The position numbers and the translations under genes are program-made. A stretch of 64,000 nucleotides of DNA from Elusimicrobia bacterium GWC2_64_44. GTDB taxonomy: Bacteria > Elusimicrobiota > Elusimicrobia > Elusimicrobiales > UBA9959. The DNA lies in contig MGUG01000044.1 of the NCBI GenBank assembly GCA_001799845.1, positions 20 to 64,019 on the forward strand. The letters run 5' to 3'. This document shows, in pieces, positions 1 to 7,872 of the stretch (positions are counted from its first letter, which is position 1; the number at the start of each line of letters is the position of its first letter). The notes below the pieces were generated by a model. It saw only the letters and a list, made by a program, of their open reading frames with translations. It had not been told where the DNA came from and ran no database searches.

Positions 1-406
1 CCTTGGTGGCCTGGCGCTGGTTGTCGTTGAAGTAGGCGGGCACGGTGATGACGGCCTTCTCCACCTTCTCGCCGAGGAACGCCTCGGCGTCGCGCTTGAC
101 CTTCTGCAGCAGGAACGCCGCCAGCTGCTGGGGCGTGAACTCCTTGCCGGCTATCTTGTATTTGTACTCAGTGCCCATCTTGCGTTTGAACGCGGCGACG
201 GTGCCTTCCGGGTTGGCGACGGCCTGCCGGCGGGCGGGCTCGCCGACGAGCATCTGCCCGTCCTTGGCGAAAGCCACGTAGGACGGGAAAGCCTTCCCGC
301 CGAGGCTCGTGCCTTCGGCCGAGGGGATGATGGTGACTTTGCCGCCTTCCATCACCGCCGCGGCTGTGTTGGATGTACCGAGGTCTATTCCGATTATCTT
401 TGCCAT
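1..406 (-). CDS. dnaK: Chaperone DnaK (Hsp70), N-terminal ~135 aa; gene runs off the window edge
   Basis: Reverse-strand translation from the ATG at 406-404 reads [18 protein letters not shown]...; the window edge reads ...[23 protein letters not shown]. These are Hsp70 ATPase-domain signatures. Lies downstream of hrcA-grpE. Not in the ORF track because it has no stop inside the window. Confidence 0.9.
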   Translation of the reverse strand, partial: MAKIIGIDLGTSNTAAAVMEGGKVTIIPSAEGTSLGGKAFPSYVAFAKDGQMLVGEPARRQAVANPEGTVAAFKRKMGTEYKYKIAGKEFTPQQLAAFLLQKVKRDAEAFLGEKVEKAVITVPAYFNDNQRQATK

Positions 407-440
407 TTTAGTGTCCTCCAAAAATAAGTAACCGCTAAAT

Positions 441-1061
441 TCACTCTCCCGAGCCTTCCGCCGGCCGCTCCGGCTCCGGTCCCGGCTCCGCCGCGGGCGC
501 GGGGGCCGCCTTCTTTTTCGCTATCTTCACCCGGGCGGGGCGCAGGATCTTGTCGCCGTACCAGAAGCCCTTCTGCAGCTCTTCCGTCACCAGCCCGTCG
601 TTCTCCTCGGTACCCTCCGTCACCCCCAGGATCTCCGAGGCCATTGGGTCGTAGGGCTTGCCCAGCGGCTCCATCGGGCGTATGCCCTCGGCCTCGAACA
701 CCTTGGAGAACTCCTTGAAGATCATCTCCAGGCCCTTGAGCACCTCGTCGGAGTTGCCGGCCTCTTTGCTGCCGTTGACGTGGGAGTGGGCCGCCTGCAG
801 CAGGTCGTAGAGCGGCAGCAGCCTGAGCAGGATCTCGCCCTTGCCCCACTTCACCCACTCCGGCTTTTCCTTGTCCACGCGCTTGCGGTAATTCTCGAAG
901 TCGGCCTGCAGGCGCAGCAGCTGGTTATAGTAATCCTCCGCCTGCTTCTTCTGCTTCTCAAGCTCGCCGGCCTCGGCGGCCGGCGCCGCGGCGCCGACGG
1001 CGCCTTCGGGGGCTTCGTGCTCGGATTTCGCTTTCTTGTCTTCGGCCTTATGGTTTTTCAT
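441..1061 (-). CDS. grpE: Nucleotide exchange factor GrpE
   Basis: 206 aa. Contains [22 protein letters not shown] and LLPLYDLL motifs typical of GrpE. Sits between hrcA and dnaK. Confidence 0.9.
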   Translation of the reverse strand: MKNHKAEDKKAKSEHEAPEGAVGAAAPAAEAGELEKQKKQAEDYYNQLLRLQADFENYRKRVDKEKPEWVKWGKGEILLRLLPLYDLLQAAHSHVNGSKEAGNSDEVLKGLEMIFKEFSKVFEAEGIRPMEPLGKPYDPMASEILGVTEGTEENDGLVTEELQKGFWYGDKILRPARVKIAKKKAAPAPAAEPGPEPERPAEGSGE

Positions 1062-1065
1062 ATGC

Positions 1066-2175
1066 TCACTCTTCGAAATCTATCTTTTCCCACTCGCCCA
1101 GCATGTCCTCCATCATGGAGCTGACCGTGTCCACGAGCGAGATCATGCGCGGGTACTCCATACGCTTGTAGCCCAGTATCCCCACCAGCCCCACGGCCTT
1201 GTCGTTCATGCAGTAGGAGCTCGACACCAGGCTGAAATTCTTGAATTCCTTGATGCTGTTCTCAGAGCCTATGGTCACGTCCACGATGTGGCGTTTGCCG
1301 GGCTCGGGCAGGGCCTTGGCCTTCAGCGAGGAATCGCGCAGGCGTTCGCGCAGCAGGCCGGAGAAGCGCTCCTTCTCCTCGAGGAGGCGGGCGATGTTGC
1401 GCATGTCCTCCATGCTGCCGCCCTCGAGGTTGGAGAAGATGCGGCTGAGGCCCTCCAGGTACAGCGCGTCCTCGCTGCGGGCGAGGCCCTTGAAATATTC
1501 TATGAGCTTTTTGAGCAGCTCCTCGAGGCCCTTGTCCTTTTCTTTGGCGAGGAACTCCTTGAACAGCACCTGCGGCAGGTCGGCTATGGGCAAATCCTTC
1601 ACGCGCTTGTTGAGGCGGGAAGAAAGGGCCTTCACGGCGGCCTTGTCTGCGGGCCGCTCCAGCGAGAAGGCCGCGTGCTTGATGAGGCCGGAATGGGCGA
1701 ACATCATGGACAGCACGCTGTGCGGCCCCATCGAGAGCAGGTCCAGGCGCTTGATGCTGTCGAGGTCCAGGTCGGCGCTCATCACGAAGCCGGCCCACTG
1801 CGACATGTCGGAGAGCATCCGGGAGGTGTGCTTGAGGAAGCCGTCGAGCTGCTCTATGCGGTTGTCGTACTCGCGCTCGAGGCGCTCTTTCTCCCCGGCG
1901 GCCATGCGCTGCATGCGCATGATATTGTCCACGTAGGCGCGGTAGCCCTTGTCGCTAGGCACGCGCCCGCCGGAGGTGTGCGGCTGCACCAGGTAGCCCT
2001 CGGTCTCCAGCTCTTTTAAGATATTCCTTATAGTTGCGCTGGAGACGTTGAAGCGGCCTTCCTCGGCTATCAGGTCGGAACTGACCGGGCGGCCCGTGCT
2101 GACAAAGTTGTAGATGACCCAGTTAAGGATCTTCTCTTTCCTGTCCTGCGCGACTTCCGGTTTAAGTACCCTCAT
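1066..2175 (-). CDS. hrcA: Heat-inducible transcription repressor HrcA
   Basis: N-terminal winged-helix region RKEKILNWVIYNFVSTGRPVSSDLI...SSATIRNILKELETEGYLVQPHTSGGRVPSDKGYR. The ORF-track start is a TTG at 2190. The ATG at 2175 (MRVLKPE...) is preferred and leaves room for CIRCE. Confidence 0.9.
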   Translation of the reverse strand: MRVLKPEVAQDRKEKILNWVIYNFVSTGRPVSSDLIAEEGRFNVSSATIRNILKELETEGYLVQPHTSGGRVPSDKGYRAYVDNIMRMQRMAAGEKERLEREYDNRIEQLDGFLKHTSRMLSDMSQWAGFVMSADLDLDSIKRLDLLSMGPHSVLSMMFAHSGLIKHAAFSLERPADKAAVKALSSRLNKRVKDLPIADLPQVLFKEFLAKEKDKGLEELLKKLIEYFKGLARSEDALYLEGLSRIFSNLEGGSMEDMRNIARLLEEKERFSGLLRERLRDSSLKAKALPEPGKRHIVDVTIGSENSIKEFKNFSLVSSSYCMNDKAVGLVGILGYKRMEYPRMISLVDTVSSMMEDMLGEWEKIDFEE

Positions 2176-2196
2176 AAATTTTCCCGCCAAGTTTAA

Positions 2197-2223
2197 TTAG
2201 CACTCAAAAGCAATGTCTGCCAG
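2197..2223 (-). promoter_or_regulatory. CIRCE-like HrcA operator (one perfect half-site, one degenerate)
   Basis: Plus strand TTAGCACTC-N9-GTCTGCCAG. In gene orientation this is CTGGCAGAC-N9-GAGTGCTAA, against the consensus TTAGCACTC-N9-GAGTGCTAA. The promoter-distal half matches 9/9 and the other 5/9. Located between the -10 box and the hrcA start. Confidence 0.6.
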
Positions 2224-2227
2224 AAAT

Positions 2228-2256
2228 ATTATACACCCTTGCCCCATAATTGTCAA
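2228..2256 (-). promoter_or_regulatory. Sigma70-type promoter of hrcA-grpE-dnaK (TTGACA-17-TATAAT)
   Basis: Minus strand has TTGACA (2256-2251), a 17-nt spacer and TATAAT (2233-2228). Both hexamers match the consensus exactly, and the site lies immediately upstream of CIRCE. Confidence 0.6.
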
Positions 2257-2405
2257 TACCGCCTCCTGACTGCTAATAATAGGATCATACGCCCGTGTCC
2301 CCCTCGGGACGCGGGCGCAGTCCCCATATGACCGCCGTCAAAGCGCTCACGGGCAGGTGTTTGGTAAAATAGAGGCGGTTAGGGAACGAGGGTGAGGAGA
2401 GACAA

Positions 2406-3002
2406 GTGAAAATTTCAGCCATGATCAGTGCCGCAGCGTTCACGCTGGCCCCCGCTTACGCGGCGGCCTGGGCGCCGGAAGTAAACCTCGAAACGATAAC
2501 GGTTACGGAAGTCCCCGCGCCCGTGCGGGCGGAGATCTCCGGCCCCCGCGACGGACAGAATTATTCCGGCGCCGAGGAACTCCTGATCAAGGAATTCGCC
2601 GTCACCGAGATAGGCCTGGACATCCCCGAGTCCGAGGTGATGCGCCAGACCTCCTACGACAACGCCTTCTGCTTCGAGCACGCGCTGCGCCTGGCGCTGA
2701 CCGCGCTGCTGGAGGACCACAGCGACCGCACGAGCCCGCTGGCCAAAGAGCTGGCGGCCATCGGCGCGCCGGAGAAGCCCTCCAAGTCGGACCTGAAGCG
2801 GGCCCGCCAGCGCCTGCTGGAGGCCCTGAACCGCCGCGACTCTTTCCTCTCCATGGTGCACCCCTACAAGCAGTACCAGCCCTTGAACGGCGAGCTGGTG
2901 GAAAAGAACTGGGTCTTCTTCCTGCGACTCTCCGGCAAGTCCTACTGGGCCGTAGTCGACCGCTCCGGCGAAAAACCCGCCTACGTCTACGGCATGAACT
3001 GA
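2406..3002 (+). CDS. Hypothetical secreted protein (signal peptide), no family recognised
   Basis: 198 aa. GTG start 8 nt after a GAGGAG RBS. N-terminus MKISAMISAAAFTLAPAYAAAW looks like a signal peptide. Followed by a clear terminator. Confidence 0.55.
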   Translation: MKISAMISAAAFTLAPAYAAAWAPEVNLETITVTEVPAPVRAEISGPRDGQNYSGAEELLIKEFAVTEIGLDIPESEVMRQTSYDNAFCFEHALRLALTALLEDHSDRTSPLAKELAAIGAPEKPSKSDLKRARQRLLEALNRRDSFLSMVHPYKQYQPLNGELVEKNWVFFLRLSGKSYWAVVDRSGEKPAYVYGMN

Positions 3003-3019
3003 CCGCCGCTCACGCAGCA

Positions 3020-3050
3020 AAAACCCCGGCCCTCGCCGGGGTTTTTATTT
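3020..3050 (+). terminator. Rho-independent terminator
   Basis: AAAACCCCGGC-CCTC-GCCGGGGTTTTTATTT: a GC stem followed by a T-run directly after the stop at 3002. Confidence 0.75.
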
Positions 3051-3059
3051 ATTTCCTTA

Positions 3060-3352
3060 TACCACGGAACCGCGAGATGCCAAGTCGGGGGCCAGCCGGG
3101 GAGGGGCCCCGTGCTCCTGGACTGCAGGGAACCGTTGCGCGGTTCCCCCCGCCCTTGGGAAATTATGGGCGGGGCCCCCTTCCCCAAAGTCGCACGGAAC
3201 CCCTCCCCGGCCGTCCCCTCCGCATCCTCTGTCAGTCTATTCCAAGCGAGCCACCAGCGGAGACCGCAGGGGTAGGACAAGCAAAACCGTCGCGAGCCCG
3301 ACGCTTGCGTAGCGCGGAGGGCGAGTGCCGAGTGAGCGCACGGTAGGCCGCC
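3060..3352. repeat. Structured GC-rich intergenic element; its right part (3250-3352) is a copy of the repeat family also found at 59105-59498
   Basis: Nested hairpins seen by eye. GCCGGGGAGGGG (3095-3106) pairs with CCCCTCCCCGGC (3200-3211). GGGAACCG/CGGTTCCC lies at 3127-3147. CCCCGCCC/GGGCGGGG lies at 3147-3174. The 3' part CAGCGGAGACCGCAGGGGTAGG...AAAACCGTCGCGAGCCCGACGCTTGCGTAGCGCGGAGGGCGAGTG...CACGGTAGGCCGCC aligns with 59367-59498. Confidence 0.55.
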
Positions 3353-3368
3353 GGAATCGATACAGTTC

Positions 3369-4187
3369 TTATATTTTAAGTGCGGTGCGCAGGGCCCAGT
3401 CGAGGACGCGGTCGGGGAGCAGCCACTTCATAAAGATTATTAACGAGGCCGTGAAAGGGACCGGGTAGCGGGCCGCGGGGGAAGACGAGCGCAGCGCCTT
3501 CAGGATCACGGCGGCCACGGCCTCGGGGCCCGGGGCGCCGCTGCGGTAGCCGGCGCGGAACTTCTCGGTGACGCGCTTCACCAGCGGGCCGTAGGGGCCG
3601 GAGCCGGAATACTTCTCCAGGTTCACCAGCGCCGTATTGTCCCACTCGGTCCTTATAGGGCCGGGCTCTATCAGGATCACCTTTATGCCGAACTGCGCCG
3701 TCTCCAGGCGCAGCGCGTCGGAGTAGGCCTCCAGCGCGTGCTTGCTGGCGTGGTACCAGCCGCCGGTCGGCGTGGTGATCTTGCCCGCTATCGAAGAGAT
3801 ATTGACTATGGCCCCCCCGCCCGCCGCCCGCATATGCGGCAGCGCCAGCTGCGTCAGCCGCGCCAGACCGAACAGGTTCACCTCGAACTGCCGCCGGGCC
3901 TCCGCCAGCGGCACGTCCTCCACCGCCCCGTGCGCGCCATAGCCCGCGTTGTTCACCAGCGCATCCAGCGAGCCGCCGTCCTTCAGCACAAAGTCCACGG
4001 CGCTTGCCAGCGAATCCTCGTCCGTCACGTCCAGCGCGAAGATCTTGGCGCCCTGGTACTCCAGCCCGCGCATCTTCTCCACGCGCCGGGCGCCGGCGTA
4101 GACCTTGTACCCGCTCTTCAGCAGCAGTTCCGCGGTCGCGTAGCCGATGCCGGCCGAAGCGCCAGTGATCAAGACAGTTTTAGCCAT
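3369..4187 (-). CDS. Short-chain dehydrogenase/reductase (SDR) family oxidoreductase
   Basis: 272 aa. TGASAGIGYA cofactor motif, NNAG, and the YHASK catalytic Tyr-x3-Lys. Confidence 0.85.
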   Translation of the reverse strand: MAKTVLITGASAGIGYATAELLLKSGYKVYAGARRVEKMRGLEYQGAKIFALDVTDEDSLASAVDFVLKDGGSLDALVNNAGYGAHGAVEDVPLAEARRQFEVNLFGLARLTQLALPHMRAAGGGAIVNISSIAGKITTPTGGWYHASKHALEAYSDALRLETAQFGIKVILIEPGPIRTEWDNTALVNLEKYSGSGPYGPLVKRVTEKFRAGYRSGAPGPEAVAAVILKALRSSSPAARYPVPFTASLIIFMKWLLPDRVLDWALRTALKI

Positions 4188-4243
4188 ACCTCTTTTGTAG
4201 GAAATTAAGCGGCCCGGCGCAATATTTTTGATAATATAGGGGC

Positions 4244-4651
4244 ATGGAAAGTAAGCGCGTTTACCTGCGGCCGGGCTCCTACGAGGAGAAGTTCGTCAGG
4301 AGCGGCGGCCACGGCGGCCAGAACGTAAACAAAGTGGCCACCGCCGTACAGCTGCGCTTTTTCCCCGCGCTGTCGGGCCTGCCCTGGGCCGCTATCGAGC
4401 GGCTCAAGGCGCTGGCCGGCTCCAGGCTGACGGCGGAGGGCGATATCATGATAGTCGCCAGCGAGTACCGCACGCAGGAGCAGAACCGGCAGGCCGCGCG
4501 GGCGCGCCTGGAGGAACTGCTGGCCCGCGCGCTGCGCCCGCCCAAGAACAGGCGGGCGACAAAACCCTCCTACGGGTCCAAGCTGCGGCGGCTGGAAGGC
4601 AAGAAGCGCCATTCCGACATCAAGCGCGACAGGCGCCCCGATTTTGAGTAA
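4244..4651 (+). CDS. arfB: Alternative ribosome-rescue factor ArfB (YaeJ-type peptidyl-tRNA hydrolase)
   Basis: 135 aa. GGQ motif in SGGHGGQNVNKVATAV and a basic C-terminal tail (KKRHSDIKRDRR). Confidence 0.85.
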   Translation: MESKRVYLRPGSYEEKFVRSGGHGGQNVNKVATAVQLRFFPALSGLPWAAIERLKALAGSRLTAEGDIMIVASEYRTQEQNRQAARARLEELLARALRPPKNRRATKPSYGSKLRRLEGKKRHSDIKRDRRPDFE

Positions 4652-4660
4652 AATATTTTT

Positions 4661-5242
4661 ATGGAAACACCTTACCTGCTGACCACCCTCGCCGCCGCGC
4701 TGGCCGGCGGCGTGCTGCTGTTCTCTTACCTGCGCCGCGGCAACGCCGGGGCGGCCGTGCCGGCCGAGGGCAGCGCCCTGAGCGCCCTGGGCGTGAACGT
4801 GCGCCTGCGGGACGTGTTCCGCGTGGCGGTGCTGATAGAGGAGAAGGGCAAGGAATTTTACCTGAAACTGGAAGCCCGGGCCGCCGAGCCCGCTACCAAG
4901 AAGCTCTGTGCCTGGCTGGCCGAAGAGGAAGAGCAGCACCGGCGGTTCGCGCAGGACCACCTGGACAAATGGCGCCCGCTCGGCACGCACCTGACCGAGT
5001 GGCCGCTTATTCTTGAAAGGGTAAAGCAGGAGGGCTTCTTCGCGGAACCGCCCCCCTACACCGCCCCGGAAGCCGAGCTGGCGGCTTTCGCGATAAAGCA
5101 GGAAATAAAGTCAGCGGAATTTTACCGGCTCTTCGAACAGGCCTTTCCCGAGGCCTGGAAGCGCTCGCGCCTGGACCGCCTGGTGCAGGAGGAGCGCGCC
5201 CACGAGGCCAAGCTCCGCGCCGCCTATCCCGGGCTGAAGTAG
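4661..5242 (+). CDS. Membrane-anchored ferritin-like/rubrerythrin-like diiron domain protein
   Basis: 193 aa. N-terminal hydrophobic helix, then two E..H helices (AEEEEQHRRF and QEERAHEAKL) typical of the ferritin-like superfamily. Confidence 0.55.
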   Translation: METPYLLTTLAAALAGGVLLFSYLRRGNAGAAVPAEGSALSALGVNVRLRDVFRVAVLIEEKGKEFYLKLEARAAEPATKKLCAWLAEEEEQHRRFAQDHLDKWRPLGTHLTEWPLILERVKQEGFFAEPPPYTAPEAELAAFAIKQEIKSAEFYRLFEQAFPEAWKRSRLDRLVQEERAHEAKLRAAYPGLK

Positions 5243-5244
5243 CC

Positions 5245-7188
5245 CTACCGGCAGCCGCCGGGCGGCAGTTCGAATTCCAGCGTCACCGTCTGGCGGGCCT
5301 GCGCCTCGGCCTCCGCGGCTGGCGCGCCGCAGGGCGCGGTACCTTCGGCCCTCGCGCCGCCGGCGCTCACCTTTACCGCCCCTATCTCCCAGTCAAGCAC
5401 ATCCCCCGCGCCGGTATACCCGGGGCCGGACCCGCCCCAGCCGGCGTAAATTTTTTCTCCGGCCTCCGCCGCTTCGCCGGGCCAAAGCCGCCGCACCTGG
5501 GTGCCCTTGCCCTCCAGCCCGGCCAGGGCGCGGGCCAGCGCCGGCGGCCGCGGGCCGCAGGGCAGCAGGATCCTCCTGATCTTCACCAGCCGCCCCAGCT
5601 CCTCTAAACCGCTGAAATTCTTTTCCTCCAGCGATGTCAGCAGCACGGCGTCGAGCGAAGCCCGGCCCGCGGTCAGCACCGAGTCGGCCGCCTTGCGCCC
5701 GTTCACGCCGGGGTTCACGAGGTACAGCCCGCCCGGCGCGCTCACCAGCGCGGCGGCGGTGTCGGAATCGCCGAACAGCTGCGCCCTGTAGCGCGCCGGC
5801 GCTTCGGGCGCCGCGCCGCCGAAGTAGCCGCCAGACGCCACGCCGAGCCCGAGACCGGCCGCCAGGTACAGGCGCCGCCGCCGGAAACCCAGCAGCGGCG
5901 CGTGCAGCAGGGCCAGCGCCAGAATGAAGAAGCCGGCCACGAACCAGGCCGAGGGCTGCGCCACGCTGACCGAAGCGTAGGGCAGCCCGGCGAAGAAGCG
6001 CACCGTCCAGAGAAAGACGTCCATGAAGAGCCCTGCCGCCCGGGCCAGCGCGGCGAAGAGGAACCCGCCGGAGAGCGCCAGCCCGAAGCCGAGCCCCATC
6101 GCCACCCCGGACGCCGGCACCAGCGCCATGTTGGAGAGCAGCGAGACCAGGGAGATCTTATGGAAGTAGACCGCGAGCACCGGGTAGAGGCAGAGCTGCG
6201 CGAAGAAGCTGACCGCCAGCACGCCCAGCACCGCGCCCGCCGGGCCGCCGGTCTTCAGGTAGCGCCCCCACAGGGCTAACCCCACCGTCAGCCCGTAGGC
6301 GGCCAGGAAGGACATCTGGAACCCCGCGTCGAACAGCGAGCGCGGCGACAGCAGCAGGATCAGCAGCGCCGCGGCGGCCAGCGCCTGGAAGGCTCCGCTC
6401 TCGCGGCGCAGCAGCCAGGCCAGCAGCCCGGCCGCGAACATCAGGTAGGCCCGCACCAGCGGCGCGTCCAGCCCCGCCGCCAGCACGTAGAAACCGGCCA
6501 GCGCCAGGGCGGCCCCTCCGGAATAACGCCGGCCGAGGCCCAGCCGCGAGCACAGGAAATAGACCACCGCCACCACGAAGCCCACATTGGAGCCGGAAGC
6601 CACAAGCAAATGCATCGCGCCCGAATCCTGGAAGACTTCCTTCAGCTCCGGCGGCACGCTCTTCTTTTCTCCCAGCACCACGCCGCCCAGCACCGCCGCC
6701 CCTTCCGGGGGCAGGGCCGCGCGGAAAGAGGCCAGCGCCGACTCGCGCGCCCGGCGCGCCAGCAGCAGGAGCGGCCCCGCCCGGCGCTTCACCGCCACCT
6801 CGCGGGCGCGCAGCTGTGCGGCAATGCCTCGCCGGGCCAGGAAGTCGGCCCAGTCCAGGCTGCCCGGCACCGAAGCCCCCGGCGGCAGCTCCAGGTCCCC
6901 GAACAGCTCCACGGTGTCGCCGTAGGAGAAATCGCCCGGCTTGGCGTAGACCATCAGCCCAGCCGCGGCCGGGCGCCCGTAAAATGCGGAGGCCTCGAGC
7001 GCGAAGCGCACCCCGCCGGGCACCAGCACCGGGTACTCGGCTATGCGGCCTTCGGCCACCGCCCCGGCGCGGGGCAGGGCGAAGGGCAACGGCGCTGGCG
7101 TGAGCAGGCGCTCCCGGAAAATAAAAAGGCCCCCGGCGTAAACCAGGAGCAGCAAAAACAGCGGCCGTCGGTAATAGGAAAGGAGCAT
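5245..7188 (-). CDS. comEC: ComEC/Rec2 family DNA-uptake channel protein (C-terminal MBL domain degenerate)
   Basis: 647 aa and polytopic. Competence-domain motif GAMHLLVASGSNVGFV. The N-terminal DUF4131-like region and C-terminal region align with the lactamase-B domain, but TSLEEKNFSG stands where THxHxDHxGG is expected. Confidence 0.75.
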   Translation of the reverse strand: MLLSYYRRPLFLLLLVYAGGLFIFRERLLTPAPLPFALPRAGAVAEGRIAEYPVLVPGGVRFALEASAFYGRPAAAGLMVYAKPGDFSYGDTVELFGDLELPPGASVPGSLDWADFLARRGIAAQLRAREVAVKRRAGPLLLLARRARESALASFRAALPPEGAAVLGGVVLGEKKSVPPELKEVFQDSGAMHLLVASGSNVGFVVAVVYFLCSRLGLGRRYSGGAALALAGFYVLAAGLDAPLVRAYLMFAAGLLAWLLRRESGAFQALAAAALLILLLSPRSLFDAGFQMSFLAAYGLTVGLALWGRYLKTGGPAGAVLGVLAVSFFAQLCLYPVLAVYFHKISLVSLLSNMALVPASGVAMGLGFGLALSGGFLFAALARAAGLFMDVFLWTVRFFAGLPYASVSVAQPSAWFVAGFFILALALLHAPLLGFRRRRLYLAAGLGLGVASGGYFGGAAPEAPARYRAQLFGDSDTAAALVSAPGGLYLVNPGVNGRKAADSVLTAGRASLDAVLLTSLEEKNFSGLEELGRLVKIRRILLPCGPRPPALARALAGLEGKGTQVRRLWPGEAAEAGEKIYAGWGGSGPGYTGAGDVLDWEIGAVKVSAGGARAEGTAPCGAPAAEAEAQARQTVTLEFELPPGGCR

Positions 7189-7278
7189 TTCGTTAATTCA
7201 ATAGATCAGGGCCGGCCGCTGCCGGACTGCGCTCTTTGGAAGTCTGAACTGTCTTGAATTAACGAAGAGCGTCCCCTG

Positions 7279-7872
7279 TCAGATCTTGATACGGCCCTTC
7301 AGCGCGTAACCCAGCGTCACTTCGTCCATGTAGTCTATGTCGCCGCCCAGCGGCACGCCGTAGGCGATGCGGGTGATCTTCTCCACGTAGGGCTTGACCA
7401 GGCGCGTCAGGTACATGGCCGTGGCTTCGCCGTCGGCGTCGGGGTTGGTGGCGATGATGAGCTCTTTGACGCCCCCGTCGGCCGCGCGCACGCGCTCCAC
7501 CAGTTCCTTTAGCTTGATCTGCTCCGGCAGCACGCCGGCCGCCGGCGAGACCGCGCCGTGCAGCACGTGGTAAACCCCGGAAAAGCTCTTGGCCTTCTCG
7601 ATGGCCGCCAGGTCCTGCGGGCGCTCCACCGCGCAGATCACGGAGCGGTCTCGCCCTTGGTCCGCGCAGATGGGGCAGAGGTCGCCCTCGGCGTAGTTGA
7701 AGCACTCGGAGCAGTATTTCACCGAGGCCTTCACCTCGCGCAGGGCCGCAACCAGGCCCTCCACCTCTGGCGCCGAGGCGCGCACCACGTACATGGCGAA
7801 GCGCTCGGCCTGCTTGGGGCCGACGCCGGGGAATTTGCGGAATACCCCTATGATCTTTTCCAGCGCCTTCAT
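7279..7872 (-). CDS. recR: Recombination protein RecR
   Basis: 197 aa. FPGVGPKQAERF helix-hairpin-helix, a C4 zinc finger CSECFNYAEGDLCPIC, and a Toprim region. Its ATG overlaps the dnaX stop (ATGA). Confidence 0.95.
   Translation of the reverse strand: MKALEKIIGVFRKFPGVGPKQAERFAMYVVRASAPEVEGLVAALREVKASVKYCSECFNYAEGDLCPICADQGRDRSVICAVERPQDLAAIEKAKSFSGVYHVLHGAVSPAAGVLPEQIKLKELVERVRAADGGVKELIIATNPDADGEATAMYLTRLVKPYVEKITRIAYGVPLGGDIDYMDEVTLGYALKGRIKI

Noticed and set aside
3077-3346. An 89-aa ORF (and the antisense 97-aa ORF 2987..3280) inside the structured repeat region.
   Set aside because: The translation is Pro/Arg/Gly-rich nonsense with no RBS. The region is better explained by base-paired repeat DNA shared with the 59-kb locus.
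7869-7872. Absence of a ybaB/ebfC gene between dnaX and recR.
   Set aside because: It is real (the genes overlap by ATGA), but it is only a synteny variant. ybaB may lie elsewhere, so it is not evidence of anything unusual on its own.
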